NCBI GenBank assembly: GCA_964572985.1
Contig: CAZNIC010000006.1
Coordinates: 5,044 to 69,043, forward strand
Source: an uncultured Oscillospiraceae bacterium
GTDB taxonomy: Bacteria > Bacillota > Clostridia > UMGS1883
Reading direction: 5' to 3'
Length of the DNA stretch: 64,000 nt
Numbering within the stretch: position 1 is the first letter of the stretch; the number at the start of each line of letters is the position of its first letter. Positions 59,833 through 64,000 of this stretch are shown piece after piece. The position numbers were made by a program, and so were the translations under genes. Under the pieces are notes generated by a model. That model was not told where the DNA came from and did not search any database. It was given only the letters and a program-made list of their open reading frames with translations.

Positions 59833-61197
59833 ATGAACGAAAACTTACTTTCCAAAGGTTTTAAAATACACTTCATCGGTATTGGCGGCATCAGCATGAG
59901 TGCCCTCGCGCGCATATTGATTGAGGATGGTTGTATAATAACCGGTTCTGACATACGCGAGTCGCACATAACCGACAACCTCAAAAATGCAGGTGCAAAA
60001 ATCTTCATCGGCCATAACAAGGAGAACATAACAGACCAGCACCTCATCGTGCATACTGCAGCTGTAAAGCCCGACAATCCCGAAATTGTCAGAGCGAAGG
60101 AGCTCGGAATTGAGATAATCGACCGCGCAGAGCTTCTTGGCGTGATAATGAAGCGTTATAACAACCCTATTGCTGTTTCCGGCACACATGGGAAAACCAG
60201 CACAACCGGTATGGTGTCCCAAATTTTTCTTGCTGCAGGCGTTGACCCCACCGTCACAATCGGTGGCGAATTGGATGTAATAGGTGGCAATTTAAGAGTG
60301 GGCAAAAAAGATGTTTTTATTGCCGAAGCTTGCGAATATCACCGTAGCTTTTTAAAATTCTTTCCCAAAATTACTCTTATGCTTAATATTGAGGCCGATC
60401 ATCTTGACTTTTTCAAAGACCTTGACGATATTATTGACACTTTTCATTCACTCGCGCTTCTTACTCCCGATGACGGCGCAATAATTGCAAACTCCGATGA
60501 TGACAACGTAAAAAAAGCCCTGCGTGGTGTTGCTAAAAACATCGTTACATTCGGGATTGTTAATGATTGTGATTATAAAGCTGTAAATATCACTCACGAT
60601 TCATCTGACCGATGCAATTTTGATGTGATAAAAGACGGCGTGTTCTACGCATCACTTTCGTTATCTGTTCCGGGTACTCATAGTGTATACAATGCTTTGG
60701 CAGCATTTGCCGCAGCCGACATTTCCGGTATTGATAAAGACGCTATAATCGGTGCTCTCGGCGAATTTGTAGGTGCACACCGCCGTTTTGAACGCAAAGG
60801 ATTGTGTAACGGTGCGCTTGTTGTTGATGATTATGCACATCATCCGTCGGAAATCAAGGTTACTCTTGATGCCGCCAATAAAATGGGCTTTAAAAAAGTT
60901 TGGTGCGTATTCCAGCCCCATACCTATACCCGCACAAAAACATTGTTCAAAGACTTTGTCCAAGTATTTACCGAAAGCGGAGTTAATGTTATCATAACAG
61001 ACATTTATGCCGCAAGAGAAAAAGATACAGGCATTGTAAGCGCAAAAGAACTTTCAGACGCAATTGAAAATTCACTGTACATCAAAACTTTTGACGACGT
61101 CGAGGCATATCTTAAAGCAAATTTAAATGACAATGATATTGTTATCACAATGGGTGCCGGTGACGTATACAAAATTGGTGAAAATATATTAAAATAA
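59833..61197 (+). CDS. murC: UDP-N-acetylmuramate--L-alanine ligase
   Basis: 'HFIGIGGISMSALA' and 'VSGTHGKTSTT' Mur-ligase motifs. Confidence 0.93.
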   Translation: MNENLLSKGFKIHFIGIGGISMSALARILIEDGCIITGSDIRESHITDNLKNAGAKIFIGHNKENITDQHLIVHTAAVKPDNPEIVRAKELGIEIIDRAELLGVIMKRYNNPIAVSGTHGKTSTTGMVSQIFLAAGVDPTVTIGGELDVIGGNLRVGKKDVFIAEACEYHRSFLKFFPKITLMLNIEADHLDFFKDLDDIIDTFHSLALLTPDDGAIIANSDDDNVKKALRGVAKNIVTFGIVNDCDYKAVNITHDSSDRCNFDVIKDGVFYASLSLSVPGTHSVYNALAAFAAADISGIDKDAIIGALGEFVGAHRRFERKGLCNGALVVDDYAHHPSEIKVTLDAANKMGFKKVWCVFQPHTYTRTKTLFKDFVQVFTESGVNVIITDIYAAREKDTGIVSAKELSDAIENSLYIKTFDDVEAYLKANLNDNDIVITMGAGDVYKIGENILK

Positions 61198-61221
61198 ACG
61201 TACAAGAAAGAAGAAATAGAA

Positions 61222-63186
61222 ATGAAAACAGTAGATTTAAGTCTTGCAAAATTGAAAAACGTTTCTTCAAACCAAGACATCTATACATTTTCCAAAGATG
61301 GTGGTATGCTTCTTTTTGAAGGTGTAAAAGGTACAATTTGTTCTCACGAATGTAATAGAGACGAATATATCGTATTTGAAGTTACAAACCTTAGTGAATA
61401 TTCTACCAGTGTTACCTTGAATTTCTGGGATACCGAACAAATAGACAGTAACATTACGGTAAAAATAGGTCTTCTTCCCCATGTCAAAACAGTTGTTTCG
61501 CTGAAAGAGGAATCTGCCGAGGGCGGCGTCTTGTTTTTAAAAAGAAAACCCGGCAGACTGAAAACCGTAGTTCTCGGAACACCTGTAAAGCTCAAAAACT
61601 TGACACGTTTCGCGTTCGGTGTGGCGCCCTCTCCGAGTGACGTTCAGCTAAAAATCGACCGTGCATACATAACAGATAACGAACCCGTATATACGGTCCC
61701 TGATGTAAAACTTGTCGACACGTTAGGACAGAAAAAAATTACCAATTGGCAAGGAAAAACAAACAACGAGGACGAGCTTCGAGAATATCTTTTAAGCGAA
61801 TATGAAAAAGAAACTACGCTCCCTACCGACTGTTCTCCTTACGGAGGTTGGCTTGGCAAGAAATTTGAAGCAACAGGCTTTTTTGCACTTGAAAAAGACG
61901 ACAGACGTTACTGGCTTAAAGACCCTGACGGTTACGCTTTCATAAGTTGCGGACTTGACTGCGTAGGTGTTGACGGAGACTGCAATATCACGGGTATAGA
62001 AGGGTTCTGCGACTATCTTCCACCCCTTGATACACCCGGTTGGGCAAAGTTTCGTCATGGTAACGAAAGCTTTTTCAGTTGGCACAAATACAATCTTTAT
62101 CGCACATTTGGCGAAAACTGGTACGATGCGTGGACAAAGATAACAAAGCGCAGACTTATTGAATGGGGCGAAAACACGGTTGCCTGCTGGAGTGACATGA
62201 GGTTTATTAAAAATTCGAATCTCCCCTATGTTCATATTCTCCACGGTTTTCCTCGCACTACAAAAAATATTTTCCGTGATTTTCCTGATGTTTTTTCTCC
62301 CGAGTACAAAGAAGAAAGCATTAAATGGGCACAGCAGCTTGAAGAATTAAAAAACGATAAAAACATGATAGGTTATTTCATGAGCAATGAGCCGCACTGG
62401 GCATTTTCTGATGGGCTTAATATAGCAGCTGTAACGCTGGAAATTGACGAAAATTTCTATTCTAAGGATTTTATAATAAACAATCTAAAATCGCAGTATG
62501 GCACGGCAGAAAGCCTTAATTCGGCATGGAACGCATCCTACTCCTCTTTTGAGGATTTATACAATCCTATCGATAAGGACTTACTCAATAAAACCGCTTG
62601 GGATGATTTGATGAGTATATCTGCCGAAATGGTACGTGAATTCATTAAGGTGCCTGCACTGGCAATAAAGGATGTTGACCCCAATCATTTGAATCTCGGC
62701 ATGCGTTACGCCTGGGTTGCAAACAAAACGGTTACCGTAGGATGTGAATATTTTGATGTATTCTCCTTTAACTGCTATCGCCATGACCCTTACGGCAGTA
62801 TTCAGCACATTGTTGACTTGGTGGATATGCCTGTTATGATTGGTGAATTCCACTTCGGTGCCCTTGACCGCGGCTTGGACGCAACAGGTATTCAAGGCGT
62901 TGCGAGTCAGGAAGACAGAGCCAAGGCATATCGTTATTATATGCACCGCGCAGCCTCTCACCCTTACTGCCTAGGTGCACACTATTTCACGCTTAATGAC
63001 CAAGGTTATTTAGGACGCTTTGACGGCGAAAACTATCAGATAGGCTTTGTGGATGTGTGCAACAAGGAATACCCTGAAATTGTGGAGTCTGCAAAGAAAA
63101 CAAACCGAGAAGTATATCTTGTTGCAAACGGCGACATGGAGCCAACAAGCGAGAAACAAACGGAAATTAATTCAATATGCTATTAA
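61222..63186 (+). CDS. Putative glycoside hydrolase, clan GH-A-like TIM barrel. Family undetermined.
   Basis: Candidate acid/base 'FMSNEPHW' and nucleophile 'MIGEFHFG' in the order and spacing typical of GH-A enzymes. No signal peptide. Confidence 0.4.
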   Translation: MKTVDLSLAKLKNVSSNQDIYTFSKDGGMLLFEGVKGTICSHECNRDEYIVFEVTNLSEYSTSVTLNFWDTEQIDSNITVKIGLLPHVKTVVSLKEESAEGGVLFLKRKPGRLKTVVLGTPVKLKNLTRFAFGVAPSPSDVQLKIDRAYITDNEPVYTVPDVKLVDTLGQKKITNWQGKTNNEDELREYLLSEYEKETTLPTDCSPYGGWLGKKFEATGFFALEKDDRRYWLKDPDGYAFISCGLDCVGVDGDCNITGIEGFCDYLPPLDTPGWAKFRHGNESFFSWHKYNLYRTFGENWYDAWTKITKRRLIEWGENTVACWSDMRFIKNSNLPYVHILHGFPRTTKNIFRDFPDVFSPEYKEESIKWAQQLEELKNDKNMIGYFMSNEPHWAFSDGLNIAAVTLEIDENFYSKDFIINNLKSQYGTAESLNSAWNASYSSFEDLYNPIDKDLLNKTAWDDLMSISAEMVREFIKVPALAIKDVDPNHLNLGMRYAWVANKTVTVGCEYFDVFSFNCYRHDPYGSIQHIVDLVDMPVMIGEFHFGALDRGLDATGIQGVASQEDRAKAYRYYMHRAASHPYCLGAHYFTLNDQGYLGRFDGENYQIGFVDVCNKEYPEIVESAKKTNREVYLVANGDMEPTSEKQTEINSICY

Positions 63187-63187
63187 A

Positions 63188-63215
63188 CAAAAGCTCAGCA
63201 TTGCTGAGCTTTTGT
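63188..63215 (+). terminator. Terminator for the 61222 gene
   Basis: 'AAAAGCTCAGCATTGCTGAGCTTTTGTT'. Confidence 0.75.
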
Positions 63216-63217
63216 TA

Positions 63218-63250
63218 TGCAAAAAGGAGAGCAGAAATGCTCTCCTTTAA
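63218..63250 (-). terminator. Terminator for the convergent minus-strand gene
   Basis: Minus-strand 'AAAGGAGAGCATTTCTGCTCTCCTTTTT'. Confidence 0.7.
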
Positions 63251-63252
63251 GT

Positions 63253-64000
63253 TTAGTTAAGTGTACCTTCGATAGGTGCCATAATGGGCTTCATGCCACT
63301 CTTTGAATTCCATACAAATGCCTTGTATTCCACTGCATATGCAACCTGTTCCAAAGTTACATAAACGGTTTCAGCATTATCAGTAGAAGTTACCGCCTTA
63401 ATAACTGCGCCGTCTATATCGTAATAAGCAACCATAACAGTTACTGTTTCACCGTCGTAAGATGTGTAAACAGCCTTATTGTCTACCACTTCGAACTTCG
63501 TGCTCATATCCTCTGTTGTTGCAACGATAAGCTCAGGAACATAGCTTGTGTTTTCGGAATCGTAAATGATGTATTCATTGTCTGTTGTTGTATAAACAGC
63601 AAAGTCAACTGCACCGTCAACAACATAATCTGTAACATCAAATACTACATATTCACCGGATACTGTACCAGTTGCAATAATCTCTGCAGGAAGGTCAAAT
63701 CCTGTTACGTTGCCTCTTGTCCATGTATCGTTGAGTGCCGAAGCGTCGTAAATAACCGCACCTGTTGTGCCGTTATTACCACCTGCATTAAGGTGAAGTC
63801 TTACATATGCCTTTTCAACTGTTGCATAAGAAGGAATGTTTGTTTCAAAGCCTGCCAGACCTGCACGTTTGTTCCAACGGTTGTCTGTCATAAGTCTTGC
63901 GGGATACTCAGCACCTGTTTCACTTGCGAAGCCTGTAGTGTTGCCGTTTGCAGACTTCATTGAATCGCCCTTAGTAGCTTTGTAGTTTGTTGCGTTGTAG
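63253..64000 (-). CDS. C-terminal part of a larger, probably secreted beta-rich protein. The frame stays open to the window end and the 5' end lies beyond it.
   Basis: No stop between 63960 and 64000 in frame. Thr/Val/Tyr-rich alternating beta pattern. No recognisable catalytic motif. Confidence 0.5.
   Translation of the reverse strand, partial: YNATNYKATKGDSMKSANGNTTGFASETGAEYPARLMTDNRWNKRAGLAGFETNIPSYATVEKAYVRLHLNAGGNNGTTGAVIYDASALNDTWTRGNVTGFDLPAEIIATGTVSGEYVVFDVTDYVVDGAVDFAVYTTTDNEYIIYDSENTSYVPELIVATTEDMSTKFEVVDNKAVYTSYDGETVTVMVAYYDIDGAVIKAVTSTDNAETVYVTLEQVAYAVEYKAFVWNSKSGMKPIMAPIEGTLN

Noticed and set aside
1-64000. CRISPR arrays, tRNA/rRNA genes, transposases or IS elements
   Set aside because: I saw no regularly spaced direct repeats, no cloverleaf-capable 70-90 nt segments in intergenic regions, and no DDE-transposase-like ORFs. 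The only large repeat is the duplicated riboswitch.

Overview
This looks like a chromosomal segment from a low-GC, spore-forming Firmicute of class Clostridia. It is densely coded on both strands, with many translationally coupled junctions (ATGA or TAATG overlaps). I saw no rRNA, tRNA, CRISPR array, transposase or prophage.

Housekeeping and conserved blocks, in order:
- 5'-truncated sensor kinase, then gerM-like lipoprotein, HAD hydrolase, ABC-F ATPase and a degenerate IDH-fold protein.
- argG and argH, followed by ruvCAB.
- Cell-wall amidase and a YaiI-family protein.
- trkH, trkA and a ClC channel.
- Membrane protein with an OmpR/HK two-component system and a BspA-type LRR protein.
- A GerA-family germinant receptor operon (A, B, C plus a small 2-TM ORF).
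- An orphan araA and an SLH-like surface protein.
- xerD-like recombinase, then a Na+-translocating biotin decarboxylase cluster (12S CT, OadG, BCCP, OadB, 5S CT).
- rluB, dacB, ytfI-ytfJ, scpAB, an M50 protease, lysA, prsA-like, mfd, pth, prs, glmU, spoVG, murC and a GH-A-like hydrolase.

The standout is a ~8.5 kb locus at 29.7-38.1 kb. Two ~90% identical tandem cobalamin riboswitches control a single DUF4430 lipoprotein gene and then a long operon. That operon encodes a secreted PQQ-type beta-propeller protein, two more DUF4430 proteins, a membrane-anchored alpha/alpha-toroid (prenyltransferase/terpene-cyclase-like) protein and an ECF transporter (EcfT, fused EcfAA', S component). DUF4430 is the transcobalamin beta-domain-like fold. 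I read this as a cell-surface vitamin B12 capture system built from a split transcobalamin-like alpha/beta pair, a BtuG-like propeller, and ECF-type import.
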